64,000 nucleotides of DNA. Origin: a virus. Its lineage: Duplodnaviria > Caudoviricetes. Made by a program: the position numbers and the translations under genes. Each line of letters opens with the position of its first letter. Within the stretch, counting starts at the first letter, position 1. The notes under the pieces were generated by a model. It saw nothing but the letters and a program-made list of their open reading frames with translations. It was not told where the DNA came from and ran no database searches. Shown piece after piece: positions 36,648 through 45,809 of the stretch. The stretch spans positions 1,206 through 65,205 of the IMG/VR virus record IMGVR_UViG_3300045936_000212. The stretch is one strand, 5' to 3'.

Positions 36648-38209
36648 GGCCGCAGCCTTGCGAAGGTCGCCTCGATCGCCTGGTCGAGTTCGTCGATATC
36701 CGGTTTGGCGACCGCCGAGCGGGCCTGCTCGATGTTCGCGGCGTTGTCGCCCAGGAGGTAGGCGAGGTCGTCGCTCGAGGTCTGCTGCTTGACCTTGGGA
36801 ATGAGGAGGCCGCGCACATAGGTGCGGTAGTCGGGCTTGCCGCGCGACATCGGCGGCGGTCCGATGAACTTGCTCTGACGCTCGCCCGCCTCAGAAGGGG
36901 ATGCAGGTGTCGTCGCAGTCGGGCCAGGACCAGCCGGTGAACTCGCTCCAGCCGCGACCGTCGGCGCGGGGGAGCCGCCCATAACGTCCTGGCTCGTGCC
37001 CGACGCGGCAGCGACCTGGGTAGGAGGGCGCGCGGGATCCATCCGCTGCGAACCGACATCGACGACTTCCGCCGGCGGCATTGCGAGACGCTGGCCGGGC
37101 GGCAGGTCGCCGGGGAAGCGGTCGTCCTCGGGGATGGGCGCAGTGGCGGCGGGCGGTGGTGCAGGAGCCACCTCGGCGGGGCGCGACGGCTCGGTGGGCG
37201 GCGGCGCGCTCTGGCCCTCTGGCGGCGATCCTGGCGGCTCTGAGGGGGTCACCCGCCCCGGCTCGGTATGGGCCGGGTCTGGCACCGGGGCGGGCGCCTC
37301 CGTCCGGGGTGCGGACGGAGCCGGTGGCGGGAACTCGGCGAGCAGCATAGCGCCGGCCTCGCCCAGTTGCGTCATGACGTCGGCGTTGTTCTCGATGGCG
37401 GCTTCCAGCATCTTCGCCCCGGCCCGGCGGGCGCCGGTCAGGACGGTGCGCAGCGCATCGAGCGCGTTCGCTCCAGCCTCGAACTCAAAGACCTCGCCGT
37501 CGAGCGCCACCACGGCAAAGAGTTCCGGCTCGGGTTCGGGTTCCGGTTCGTGGTAGTCGCTGCGCTGCGGCTCCGGGGTCTCCGGTTCCATGTCGATGAC
37601 ATCGCCCATCTCTTCCGGGGCATAGATGCCCAAGAGGATCTCGGGGACGTAGCGGCGCGCCCAGGCGCGTGTCGTGTAGTAGTAGAGCTGCTGGTCGCGG
37701 TCGGCGCTCCACAAGGGCGAGTTCTTAACCGCGATCTCCTCGACGGTTGGCGATTCGTACTCGAAGGGTTCTTCCTCCCCCTTGATGTAGCCGATGATCT
37801 TGCACTTGCGCTTTGGGCCTTGGCCTTCGTAGACCGGCCGCAGCCGCTTCTGCAGGACGCCCGAGGAGGTGACGATGGCGTGGATCAGCTGCGCCTCGTA
37901 GCTGATCTGCTCGTCGCCCGATTTCGACTTCGTGATGTAGGCCTTGTTGGCCCAGGCGAAGGGGTCGCCGCCGCAACGGAAGGCCTGTAGCGCGACGGCG
38001 AGACAGGCACCGGGGTTGCCGCGAAAGCCGGGGCGCACGCAGAAATCGGAGACCGCCATCATCTTGGCGAACTCCATGATCTCGCCGACATTGCGCGGCA
38101 TGATGGTAAAGGTGCCGGCAGTCGAGCGGCTGATCGCCAGGTTGCCGGCGACCTCGCGGTCGATGTTGCGCTCGATCCGCGCCAGCCGGCCTTCCGTCTG
38201 GGTCTGCAT
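36644..38209 (-). CDS. recT: RecT-family single-strand annealing protein with long Pro-rich C-terminal extension
   Basis: FRGNPGACLAVALQA..GGDPF, ISYEAQLIHA, SPLW..DQQLYY..RAWARRYVPEILLGIYAPEE. Confidence 0.88.
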   Translation of the reverse strand: MQTQTEGRLARIERNIDREVAGNLAISRSTAGTFTIMPRNVGEIMEFAKMMAVSDFCVRPGFRGNPGACLAVALQAFRCGGDPFAWANKAYITKSKSGDEQISYEAQLIHAIVTSSGVLQKRLRPVYEGQGPKRKCKIIGYIKGEEEPFEYESPTVEEIAVKNSPLWSADRDQQLYYYTTRAWARRYVPEILLGIYAPEEMGDVIDMEPETPEPQRSDYHEPEPEPEPELFAVVALDGEVFEFEAGANALDALRTVLTGARRAGAKMLEAAIENNADVMTQLGEAGAMLLAEFPPPAPSAPRTEAPAPVPDPAHTEPGRVTPSEPPGSPPEGQSAPPPTEPSRPAEVAPAPPPAATAPIPEDDRFPGDLPPGQRLAMPPAEVVDVGSQRMDPARPPTQVAAASGTSQDVMGGSPAPTVAAGASSPAGPGPTATTPASPSEAGERQSKFIGPPPMSRGKPDYRTYVRGLLIPKVKQQTSSDDLAYLLGDNAANIEQARSAVAKPDIDELDQAIEATFARLRP

Positions 38210-38466
38210 CAGCGGGCCTCCTCGGTGTGCGGCAGCGAGACGCCGCGGGTCTCGATCAGCTTCTGGTGCACCTCGCGAATGAGGCGCAGCTCCTCGACCC
38301 GCACGAGGTGCTCAAGGTCGACGCGGTAATGCCGCGAGATGGCGAGATCGAGCGCCTCCAGAAAATCCCCGATCGAGAGGATCCGGTTGTTGATGATGGC
38401 GCGGATGCCTTCCGCCGCCAGTTCGACCCGCGGGTTGGCGTGCGGGTCCATGACCGATGTCGCCAT
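38209..38466 (-). CDS. Hypothetical protein
   Basis: GGAG RBS; TGATG coupling to recT. Confidence 0.6.
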   Translation of the reverse strand: MATSVMDPHANPRVELAAEGIRAIINNRILSIGDFLEALDLAISRHYRVDLEHLVRVEELRLIREVHQKLIETRGVSLPHTEEAR

Positions 38467-38482
38467 GTTCTCTCCCCCCCTG

Positions 38483-38974
38483 TTACGGCAGGATCCCGTC
38501 GATGATCCGGCCGGAAAATCCATCCCCAGCAATCGGGCTCTCGACCAATGAGATGATCCGCCCGCCCGGCCGGTTGCGGACGATCTGCCAGCAACAGGCT
38601 TCCCGATCCTTGCCGTTGGTGGCGACCGCGACGACGACCTCGCGGCGCTGCGGATCCTCGGACGCCGGCAGATCGAACTGCGGCCGGGCTATCGGGCGGC
38701 TCGCCATCCAGACTTCGGCGACAAAGGAGAGCGCCGTCGCGCCGAACTCGCGGGCGCGCTTTTTGACCGCCAGGATCGCCAACTGTTTTTCGAACCCGCT
38801 GCGCCAGACGCAGCCGATCACTTCGATCTCGATGTCGTCGTCCGGGCCGGGGCGCAGCAGCAGGTAGGTGGACAGGAGTTCCTTCTGACCCTCCTTGATC
38901 AGGATCTTCTCGGCGTGCTCGCCGGCCAGCCGCACCAGCCCCTTCAGATCCGATGGCGAAATCTTGACGGTCAT
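38483..38974 (-). CDS. Hypothetical protein
   Basis: FVAEVWM..DPQRREVVV; ATGA overlap. Confidence 0.7.
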   Translation of the reverse strand: MTVKISPSDLKGLVRLAGEHAEKILIKEGQKELLSTYLLLRPGPDDDIEIEVIGCVWRSGFEKQLAILAVKKRAREFGATALSFVAEVWMASRPIARPQFDLPASEDPQRREVVVAVATNGKDREACCWQIVRNRPGGRIISLVESPIAGDGFSGRIIDGILP

Positions 38975-39150
38975 CCTGCCTCCTCGGGGGTGTCCGGTTC
39001 GCGGCGCTCGATCGCATCCGCCTCGCGCTCCAGCTTCTCGGCGACCTCGATCATCAATTGATCGGCGCGGTGCCCGCCGGTCGTCGGCACAGCGGCGGCG
39101 CGGCGGATGAACTCGGCTTGGCGACGCAATTTGGCGGCGGTTTCGTTCAT
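38971..39150 (-). CDS. Hypothetical protein
   Basis: MNETAAKLRRQAE..., 59 aa. Confidence 0.55.
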   Translation of the reverse strand: MNETAAKLRRQAEFIRRAAAVPTTGGHRADQLMIEVAEKLEREADAIERREPDTPEEAG

Positions 39151-39167
39151 GGCTTGGCTCTGTGGTG

Positions 39168-40088
39168 CTACCGGCGGACGGCGACGCCGCCCGCTTCGAC
39201 GCGGGCCTCGATGCCGGGGATGGCGACGCCGCGCGCCACGGCGTCGGTGCCGAGCGATTTGAGGTAGGCCCCGATCATGGTCCGGGTCGCGTGCTCGACC
39301 TTGCCGCGGTGCCCCGGCTGTTGGATCAGCCAGGCGAGGGTGGCGGCGAGATCGGTGATCTCGAAGACGATCTCGCGGCGGCGCGCGATCTGGCCGAGAT
39401 GCGAGCGCAGCGGCTCCGGCCGCACCGCCTCGGCCCGGTGCGCGGCGCGCTCGGCTTCCTCGCGGGCCTTGGCCGCCGCCAGTTCGGCATTGATCTGCCC
39501 CTGGCCCTGGGCGGCAGCCTCGCGGGCCGTCTTCTCGGCCTCGGCGGCGGCGAGTTCGCGCTGGCGCTGCTCCTCGCGCAGGCGGGCCTGCTCGGCCTGG
39601 GCGGCGGCGCGCTGCTTGTCGTCCCAGACCTTCAGCATGCCCTTGAGACCGCCGCGCCCGTTGTCGCCCTCGCGCGCCAGCTTCAAGGCATGCGCGATGT
39701 CGCCGAACGTCCGGTTGATCAGCGCGGTCGCATCGCGGTAGGGCAGCGAGCGCTGCAGCCGGGCGGCATTGATCTCGTCTTCGAGGTCTTTGCATTTGAC
39801 CCCGAGGTCGAGCGCCGTCCGGGCGCCCTCGGCGTTGCGGATCACCGCCTTCTCGGCCAGCCCCAGCGCCTCGGCGGCGCGCACCCGGAAGGGTTCGAGC
39901 TCGGACTCCAGCGCCTCCGACAGCGGCGGCCGGTTGTGCCCCAGCCCCGGCGCGCGGGCCTTTAGCGCCGCTAGCGCGAGGTTCTGATCCTCGCTGCCGT
40001 CGGGCCACGCCAGGATGGCGGCGGCGACCTCCTGATTGGAGAGGTGCGCATAGGGGTCGAGGTCGGGCAGCTCGGCGGTGTTGGTCAT
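39168..40088 (-). CDS. Coiled-coil phage protein (recombination module)
   Basis: GHNRPP, long helical region, C-terminal FEITD..IPGIE. Confidence 0.75.
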   Translation of the reverse strand: MTNTAELPDLDPYAHLSNQEVAAAILAWPDGSEDQNLALAALKARAPGLGHNRPPLSEALESELEPFRVRAAEALGLAEKAVIRNAEGARTALDLGVKCKDLEDEINAARLQRSLPYRDATALINRTFGDIAHALKLAREGDNGRGGLKGMLKVWDDKQRAAAQAEQARLREEQRQRELAAAEAEKTAREAAAQGQGQINAELAAAKAREEAERAAHRAEAVRPEPLRSHLGQIARRREIVFEITDLAATLAWLIQQPGHRGKVEHATRTMIGAYLKSLGTDAVARGVAIPGIEARVEAGGVAVRR

Positions 40089-40636
40089 GCAGGCAGTCCC
40101 AGCTTGTCGAGCATCAGGTTGCCGGAGGGGCTTTTGGCGACCGTCCCGTGGTAGATGAAGTGCCAGCGCTGCGGCCGGGCGGCGTCAAAGACGGGGGCAA
40201 AGGCGGCGAGGCCTTCGGCGCTGCCGAACCGCACCAGCATCGCGATACCGGCCTCGGCCTGCTTCTCGGCGTAGGCCATCAGCGCCGGATCGCGCCACGC
40301 GTCGCGGAAAGCCGGATCGACCCAGACCTGAAAGACCTGCACCTCGGTGACTTCGCCGGTCTCGTTGTGGGTCAGCTTGATCAGGTCGGGCAAGAGATCG
40401 AGGACGTAGTGCGAGCGATCCGGGCGCTTGAGTTTGGCGGTCGCCGGATCGACCAGCCAGCGGCAGTTCCACAGGGCGCAGGAGGGCGGCATCTGCGGCC
40501 GGTGATAGACCCGGCACTTCCCCATGCCCTGGTGGCGGCAGCGCTCGCCGGCACCCTTCGCCAGTTCGCGCACCGGCAAGAGCTTGCAGCACAGGGTGCA
40601 GCCGCCGCAGCGGCGTTTCATCGTCGCCTGGGTCAT
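40085..40636 (-). CDS. CxxCxxCC (YkgJ-like) metal-binding protein
   Basis: RRCGGCTLCCK..CRH..CRVY..PPSCALWNCRWL. Confidence 0.8.
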   Translation of the reverse strand: MTQATMKRRCGGCTLCCKLLPVRELAKGAGERCRHQGMGKCRVYHRPQMPPSCALWNCRWLVDPATAKLKRPDRSHYVLDLLPDLIKLTHNETGEVTEVQVFQVWVDPAFRDAWRDPALMAYAEKQAEAGIAMLVRFGSAEGLAAFAPVFDAARPQRWHFIYHGTVAKSPSGNLMLDKLGLPA

Positions 40637-40761
40637 CGCCGCCTCCGGAACAGGCGGTAGAGGCGGCTCCACCACGGGCGGCGGCGCGGTTCGCGGAACA
40701 ACAGGTTGCCGGCCCGCGCCATCCGCTGCAGCCGGTCGGAGCGAACGACTGATGTCGTCAT
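40633..40761 (-). CDS. Small hypothetical protein
   Basis: ATGA overlaps both sides; 42 aa. Confidence 0.45.
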   Translation of the reverse strand: MTTSVVRSDRLQRMARAGNLLFREPRRRPWWSRLYRLFRRRR

Positions 40762-41294
40762 GGGGGCCTCGCGCGTGGCCGCAGGCGGCGGCTCTTGCAG
40801 TAGGGGCAGAAATTCGGCTCGACCCCCTCGGGGTAGGCGAAGAGACCGGTGCAGTCGCGGCACACCCAGCTTGCCATGCGCGGCGCCGGCTCGTCGTCGG
40901 CGCGGCACGGCGCAATCGCCGGGTCCTGCGGGTCGACCCCGTTGGCGATGGCCATCGCCCGGTAGCTGGGGTAGAGCGGCACCGGGGAGGCGCAGCCGGT
41001 GCCGCCGGCCACGCCGCGCATGCGCGCGGTGAGGTTGTGCACCGAGTTGGCGATCAGAAACCCGGCGCAGGTCGCCGGTTTCTGCGGCCCGCTTTCGTGA
41101 CAGCCAAACAGCCGGAACGACGCGTCATAGCAAGTATCGGCGCTCAGCCGGAAAGCTTCGGCCGGGAACTTGCCGGTCTGATCGAGCCGCCAGGGACAAC
41201 CGTTGCAAGGTGCTTTGCGATGCGCGCCGATGCCGTCGATTTGCAAAACTCTGTGCCGATCGTCGGCGCGATGTACCGCAGTGACTTTTATCAT
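40758..41294 (-). CDS. DUF6283-like Cys-rich protein
   Basis: PCNGCPWR..FGCHES..TCAGFL plus a C-terminal CRDC..CPYC ribbon. Confidence 0.7.
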   Translation of the reverse strand: MIKVTAVHRADDRHRVLQIDGIGAHRKAPCNGCPWRLDQTGKFPAEAFRLSADTCYDASFRLFGCHESGPQKPATCAGFLIANSVHNLTARMRGVAGGTGCASPVPLYPSYRAMAIANGVDPQDPAIAPCRADDEPAPRMASWVCRDCTGLFAYPEGVEPNFCPYCKSRRLRPRARPP

Positions 41295-41309
41295 GGGTTA
41301 ACCCCCTTC

Positions 41310-41324
41310 TTGCACCGCGTGCAA
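41310..41324. promoter_or_regulatory. Palindromic operator TTGCA-N5-TGCAA
   Basis: TTGCACCGCGTGCAA in an AT-richer intergenic region; same motif at 46814-46828. Confidence 0.6.
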
Positions 41325-41504
41325 CACTTCACCATGAAAACGTGCGAGTCCGATACCTGTTTATTGCAAATTTCGAAGAATCAACCGCCGTATTCGCAAC
41401 CCGATTTGCAACCGCCGACGACGCGAAGATAGGCGCGAGGGCAACCCCGCTGCTTGTGCGATGCAGCAAGTTGGCCGATCCGCAGTGGCGATGTCTTGCA
41501 CATC

Positions 41505-41831
41505 TCATGGGGTGCGCCAGTGCACCGTCAGCTTCGGCTCCTTGATGATCCGGTGGGTGTCGAGCCGCACCACCGCCGCCTCCCTGACCGTGCACCAGAC
41601 CGGCCAGCCCCGATCCATCGCCCAGGCGATCTGCGGGTTGGCGACGCGCGGGATGTAGCCGACCGGGATGCCGTCGACGACGCAGGCGACCGCCCTCGGA
41701 TCCTCGCGGTTCTGCGGCTCGCGCTGCAGCGCCACGACATCGCCCGGCTGCAGCTTGGCGACGAGGCTGCGGGCCGGCGTCGGCTTGAAGCGGATGCCGA
41801 CGATGACGGTGTCGAGCGAGACTTCAGCCAC
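41505..41831 (-). CDS. HIRAN-domain protein
   Basis: IVGIRF..LQREPQNREDPRAVAC..VGYIPR. Confidence 0.85.
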   Translation of the reverse strand: MAEVSLDTVIVGIRFKPTPARSLVAKLQPGDVVALQREPQNREDPRAVACVVDGIPVGYIPRVANPQIAWAMDRGWPVWCTVREAAVVRLDTHRIIKEPKLTVHWRTP

Positions 41832-41997
41832 GGGCCCCCTCCTCGAGGCAGCGGTCGATCGTCCGCTCGATCTGCACGATCTGGTCGGCGAGCTGGCCGC
41901 GCCGCCGGTCGGTAAAGGGCAGGGCGCGCATCCGGCGCACCAGTTCGTCGCGATAGGCGGTCAGCGCCTCGGCCGGTTGTTTGCCGCCATCAGGCAT
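41824..41997 (-). CDS. Small hypothetical protein
   Basis: GAGGAG RBS; 57 aa. Confidence 0.55.
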   Translation of the reverse strand: MPDGGKQPAEALTAYRDELVRRMRALPFTDRRRGQLADQIVQIERTIDRCLEEGARG

Positions 41998-42436
41998 GCG
42001 CCGGCTCCTCGAATTGCAGCGGCAGCTCGGCCGGCTTGATCTGCTGATACGGGTTGGCGCGCGGGTCGTTTGGCCGATGGCGTTCCAGCCATTGCAGATG
42101 CGCCACCCGGTAGCTGTATTCGGCGGCGGTGATCGGTTGCGCATAGGCCCAGTGCCCGACGGGGCGCGGGGTCTGGAGCGAGGGATCGGCGAGCGCCGCC
42201 ACCGCCTCGTCCGCCCGCAAGGTGCCGTCGCCGCAGCGGCGCCAGACCCCGAGCCGGTCGAGCAGCCGTTCGGGCGGCACTTCGCGGCCGGCGATCTCGG
42301 CGCGCGGGAAGACCGAGAGCGCGCCGCGGTCGAGCCGGTTCTCCGGATCGGCCGGGTCGTGGTCGCACAACCAGAGCCGCGCCGGGACGAGCGGGGCACC
42401 CCGGCGCAGCCGCAACAGAAAGTACCGTGGCGTCAT
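41990..42436 (-). CDS. Conserved phage hypothetical protein
   Basis: YFLLRLRRGAPLVPARLW..PITAAEY..HRPNDPRANP; start set after the repeat array. Confidence 0.7.
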   Translation of the reverse strand: MTPRYFLLRLRRGAPLVPARLWLCDHDPADPENRLDRGALSVFPRAEIAGREVPPERLLDRLGVWRRCGDGTLRADEAVAALADPSLQTPRPVGHWAYAQPITAAEYSYRVAHLQWLERHRPNDPRANPYQQIKPAELPLQFEEPAHA

Positions 42437-42450
42437 TGCCCTGTTCCCCC

Positions 42451-42962
42451 GCCTGCCATGCCTTGCCGTGCCCTGCTCAGCCGAGACTTGCCGAACCATG
42501 CCTGCCGCGCCGGGCCTCTCGCAGCCGAGCGACGCGACGCCCTGCCAAACCGCGCCTGCCGTGTCCGCCCTGGGCTCGCCACGTTCGAGCCATGCCTGCC
42601 GCGCCCCGACAAACCCCGCCTTGCCACGCCGTGCCGTGCCCAGCCTTGCCTGCCTTGCCTGCCGAGCGTTGCCGGGCGTTGCCGGGCGTTGCCGCGCCCT
42701 GCCGTGCCGTGCCGTGCCTTGCCTGCCTTGCCTGCCTTGCCATGCCTCGCCCAGTCTTGCCCGGTCGTGCCAAGCCCTGCCTTGCCTGCCGCGCCATGCC
42801 CCGCCGAGCCGGGCTTTGCCGCGCCCGACCCGGCCGTGCCCTGCCGGCCAATCGGTGCCGTGCCCGGCCCTGCCTGACCGCGGCGTGCTAAGCCGTGCCC
42901 CGCCTGCCATGCCATGCCCGGCCGAACCATGCCTGTCCGGGCCAAACCGAGCCGCGCCTGCC
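42451..42962 (-). ncRNA. Array A of GGCA+(GGY-NN)n units, putative guide-RNA array
   Basis: Delimiter GCCTGCC (+) at 42451, 42500, 42554, 42594, 42648, 42657, 42721, 42730, 42784, (42843 variant), 42902, 42956; spacings mostly 4+5n nt. The RNA role is inferred. Confidence 0.75.
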
Positions 42963-42980
42963 ATGCGAAAAGGTTCGCCC

Positions 42981-43415
42981 TCACGCTGCTTCTTGATCCG
43001 GCGGTTCAAGCAGCGCGAAAGCGTCGATCGAGCGGAACAACCCGGCCAATTCACGGTCGAGGTGCCGGTGCCGATCGCGCCAGCGGATGAGTTCGGTCAG
43101 CGCCTCTCTGGCGGCGAGCCGGCGCATCTCCTCCGAGGACATCGTCGCGCCCATGTCGCGATAACCGCCGCCGACACTGCGGTCGATCATCAGGCTGATG
43201 GTTTGCCGGTGGCCGACATCGTCGACGACATGGATCGCGATCAACTGGCGCGCCTGGATCAGGCGGTAGCGCTCGCCTGCGACGGCATCGTCCCAGACAA
43301 AAGCGCGATAGAGCGCCGAGTCCGGGTTCTGGCGTGCCCAGTCGATGGCGATCGACGGGTAAATCCGCCCATCGGTTGCCCGCAACGCGACGAGTTCCGC
43401 GCCGATCCGGGTCAT
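42981..43415 (-). CDS. Partner protein of the RAMP-like gene (144 aa)
   Basis: ARQNPDSALYRAFVWDDAVAGERYRLIQARQLI; ATGA-coupled to 43412-44230. Confidence 0.8.
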   Translation of the reverse strand: MTRIGAELVALRATDGRIYPSIAIDWARQNPDSALYRAFVWDDAVAGERYRLIQARQLIAIHVVDDVGHRQTISLMIDRSVGGGYRDMGATMSSEEMRRLAAREALTELIRWRDRHRHLDRELAGLFRSIDAFALLEPPDQEAA

Positions 43416-44230
43416 GCGACGATCTCGAAAAGCCCCCAACCGAGCCCATTGGAATTCGGGCTGTTGGGGCGACCCTCCCCGACGCCGACCTGAAGCCCGG
43501 CGCGGGCGATCAGATTGACGACATCGCCGGCGCTGAACTGATCCGCATCCCAGCGGACCCTCAGCATCAACTCCCACTCGTGCCAGATCGGGCGCCAGCG
43601 CAGGTCGGCGCCACCGTTCGCATTGCGGCCCCAGCCTTTGTGGATTTCGGGCTGGCCCTTGACGATGCGCACGAGCGGCGTGCCGTCTTCGGCATCGAAC
43701 CCGTCCGCCTCGATAAAGATCGTCAGCTTGGCGTGGGTCATTTTGTAGCCGACGAGCCGGCAGGCATCGATCGCCGCATTGCGGAAGGCCGGTGCCGGGA
43801 TGCCGTGCCAGCCCTCGCGGCTGATGTGCTGCGCCGCCTTGTAGCCGGCCTCGAAGTCGCGCGCCTCGCGCTTCTTGCGGGACCGCGCCTGCGTTCCGGC
43901 GCGCTGCGTCTCCTCCATCTGCGCCTGCGCCTTGGCCGAGAATTTGTGCTGCACATAGGGCGAGATCCCGCGCAGATGCAGGACGGCGGTCTGCATCCGC
44001 GGCGGGCTGATCACCACCTTCAGGTCGCCCGCCTTGACCGCCTCGATCTCGGCCCGCGTGACCGCCGGGATCTTGCCGCGCAGATCGACCGTCTCCTCGC
44101 CGACCGGCACCGTCGGGGTCGAGCGTCGCGTCCGCCGTGGCGGCGCTGCCGGGGTCGGAGCGGCGGCGCCATTGGTGCGCCGGGGGCGCCCGCGCGGCTT
44201 CGGGGCCGGCGGGTCGAATTGCATCGTCAT
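43412..44230 (-). CDS. Stand-alone Cas7/RAMP-like protein
   Basis: GGAGG RBS; TAVLHLRGISPYVQH, HGIPAPAFRNAAIDAC, RPIWHEWELMLRVRW, and C-terminal Gly-rich loop GLQVGVGEGRP..GLGWGLFEI; N-terminal PRGRP AT-hook-like motif. Confidence 0.75.
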   Translation of the reverse strand: MTMQFDPPAPKPRGRPRRTNGAAAPTPAAPPRRTRRSTPTVPVGEETVDLRGKIPAVTRAEIEAVKAGDLKVVISPPRMQTAVLHLRGISPYVQHKFSAKAQAQMEETQRAGTQARSRKKREARDFEAGYKAAQHISREGWHGIPAPAFRNAAIDACRLVGYKMTHAKLTIFIEADGFDAEDGTPLVRIVKGQPEIHKGWGRNANGGADLRWRPIWHEWELMLRVRWDADQFSAGDVVNLIARAGLQVGVGEGRPNSPNSNGLGWGLFEIVA

Positions 44231-44341
44231 CGGTTCCTCCACACCAAAAAGCCCCGGCTGCGACTGCCGTCGGGGTGCCGATGGCTCGGGCTGTCGCTCG
44301 GCGCGAACGTGCCGCGAACAGCCCGGCCAGGTCTGACGAGG

Positions 44342-44575
44342 CTTGTGTCTGGCCTGTGTCTAAAACCCGGCGCAAAACCCCTTTTCGTTCCGGTTTTGGC
44401 GCTGTCGGAGAACGCGCCGGAACTCGCTAAGCCAGTGGAAATACTGGCGTTTTTCGATTGCGCCGGGGAAGCGCCGGCTGTTGCCGAAGCAGGTATGCAT
44501 CGCCCTCTAACCCGTTCTCTTATCATGTGGTTTTCGCTCGTCGCCCGCGCCCTTGTGTCAGCCCTGTGTCTGAAA
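44342..44575. other. Putative attP region with paired integrase arm-type repeats
   Basis: CTTGTGTCTGGCCTGTGTCTAAAA (44342-44365) and CTTGTGTCAGCCCTGTGTCTGAAA (44552-44575), 21/24 identical, at the integrase 3' end. Confidence 0.65.
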
Positions 44576-45809
44576 TGCGGGGTTGTGCCGCCGCCGCCGG
44601 CTCAACCAGACCCCCATCCTCAACCGCAACGGGTAAAATACCGGTGGGCAAAACACCCTCCAACCCGCCGGTCTCTAACCCACCGGTCTGGCGGAACCGC
44701 GCCTGCCGCTCTTCGAGCCGCGCCAAGGCGTCGGCGACATCCTGGGTCGTCGTCTGGGCGTAGCGCATCGTGGTGCGGATATCGCTGTGCGCCATCGCCT
44801 GCTGCACCCGGCCCAACGGCGCGACGGCCGCCAGCCTTGTGCCAAAGGTATGCCGCAGATCGTGAAAGCGCAGCGTCGGCAACCCGATGGCGCGGCGCGC
44901 CTTGACCCAGTCGCGGCGGAAATTGCCGCCATCGGCGACCAAGGGATAGCGCTCGCCCCGCTTCCGGCCGGGGGCGGGGTGACGGCAGAGATAAGTGAAG
45001 ACGTATGCCTCGTGCCGGCCGCGCTCCAGACTGAGGAGCGCCCGCATCCCCTGGGTCAGCGGTAACAGATGCTGCTTGCCGCCCGGCTTTTTCGACTTGG
45101 TGCGAAAGGTGATAAACCCGAGATCCCAGTCGATCTGCTCCCATCGCAGCGCCAAGGCGTTCTCCCGGCGCACCCCCGACAGGATGGCAAAGCGGATGAC
45201 CGGGCGGAAATCCTCGCGCATCGCCGCCAGCAGCATCTCCTCCTTCTCGCCCTCCGGCAGGATCGTCTGCCGGTTGTCGGGTTCCTCCAGCCACAACGAG
45301 GGGCCCTTGGTGCTGCGCCACTTCAACTCGGGCACCTTGAACCCCCAGGCGGCGCAGGCATTGACGATCGAGCGCAGATGCGCCGTCTCGCGGTTGACGC
45401 TGGCATTAGAGAGGCTGGCCCGGCGACCGGCGACAAAACTCGCCAGCCGCCCGAAATCCAACGACGACAGCAAGACCTCCGCCCCGAGCTCGTCGATCAG
45501 CGTGCGGTTGTGGATCTGCGCCTGCCGCGCCGTCTTCCAGTATTGCGACACATCGGTCCAGTGCCGCACCACCGCCGCCTTTAGCGTGATGTCGGGTTTC
45601 TCCCCGGTGTATTTGCCGAGGAGCGCCGCCGCGCGGGTTTGCGCCGCGAGGGTTTCGGCGATGTCCCGGTCGCCTGTGCCAAGGCACTTGCGAAATCGAG
45701 GATAGCCCCGGACGGTGAAACTCTCGTAGTAGACCTCGCCGCGGAGCTGGACGAGGCTCGTCCGCCCGCCTTTTGGTTTTGCGCCTCCTCTTGGTTTTGG
45801 TGCTGCCAT
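44523..45809 (-). CDS. int: Tyrosine integrase
   Basis: SGVRRENALALRW (R), TKSK (K), FHDLRHTFGT (HxxR), MAHSDIRTTMRY (H, Y). Confidence 0.95.
   Translation of the reverse strand: MAAPKPRGGAKPKGGRTSLVQLRGEVYYESFTVRGYPRFRKCLGTGDRDIAETLAAQTRAAALLGKYTGEKPDITLKAAVVRHWTDVSQYWKTARQAQIHNRTLIDELGAEVLLSSLDFGRLASFVAGRRASLSNASVNRETAHLRSIVNACAAWGFKVPELKWRSTKGPSLWLEEPDNRQTILPEGEKEEMLLAAMREDFRPVIRFAILSGVRRENALALRWEQIDWDLGFITFRTKSKKPGGKQHLLPLTQGMRALLSLERGRHEAYVFTYLCRHPAPGRKRGERYPLVADGGNFRRDWVKARRAIGLPTLRFHDLRHTFGTRLAAVAPLGRVQQAMAHSDIRTTMRYAQTTTQDVADALARLEERQARFRQTGGLETGGLEGVLPTGILPVAVEDGGLVEPAAAAQPRISDTGLTQGRGRRAKTT

Noticed and set aside
42222-43493. Cys/Pro/Arg-rich or Gly/Ala/Arg-rich ORFs across array A (42222-43493, 42427-42891, 42433-42984, N-terminal part of 41990-43054)
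   Set aside because: By-products of a stop-poor 5-nt-period GC repeat that is open in most frames; not protein-like.
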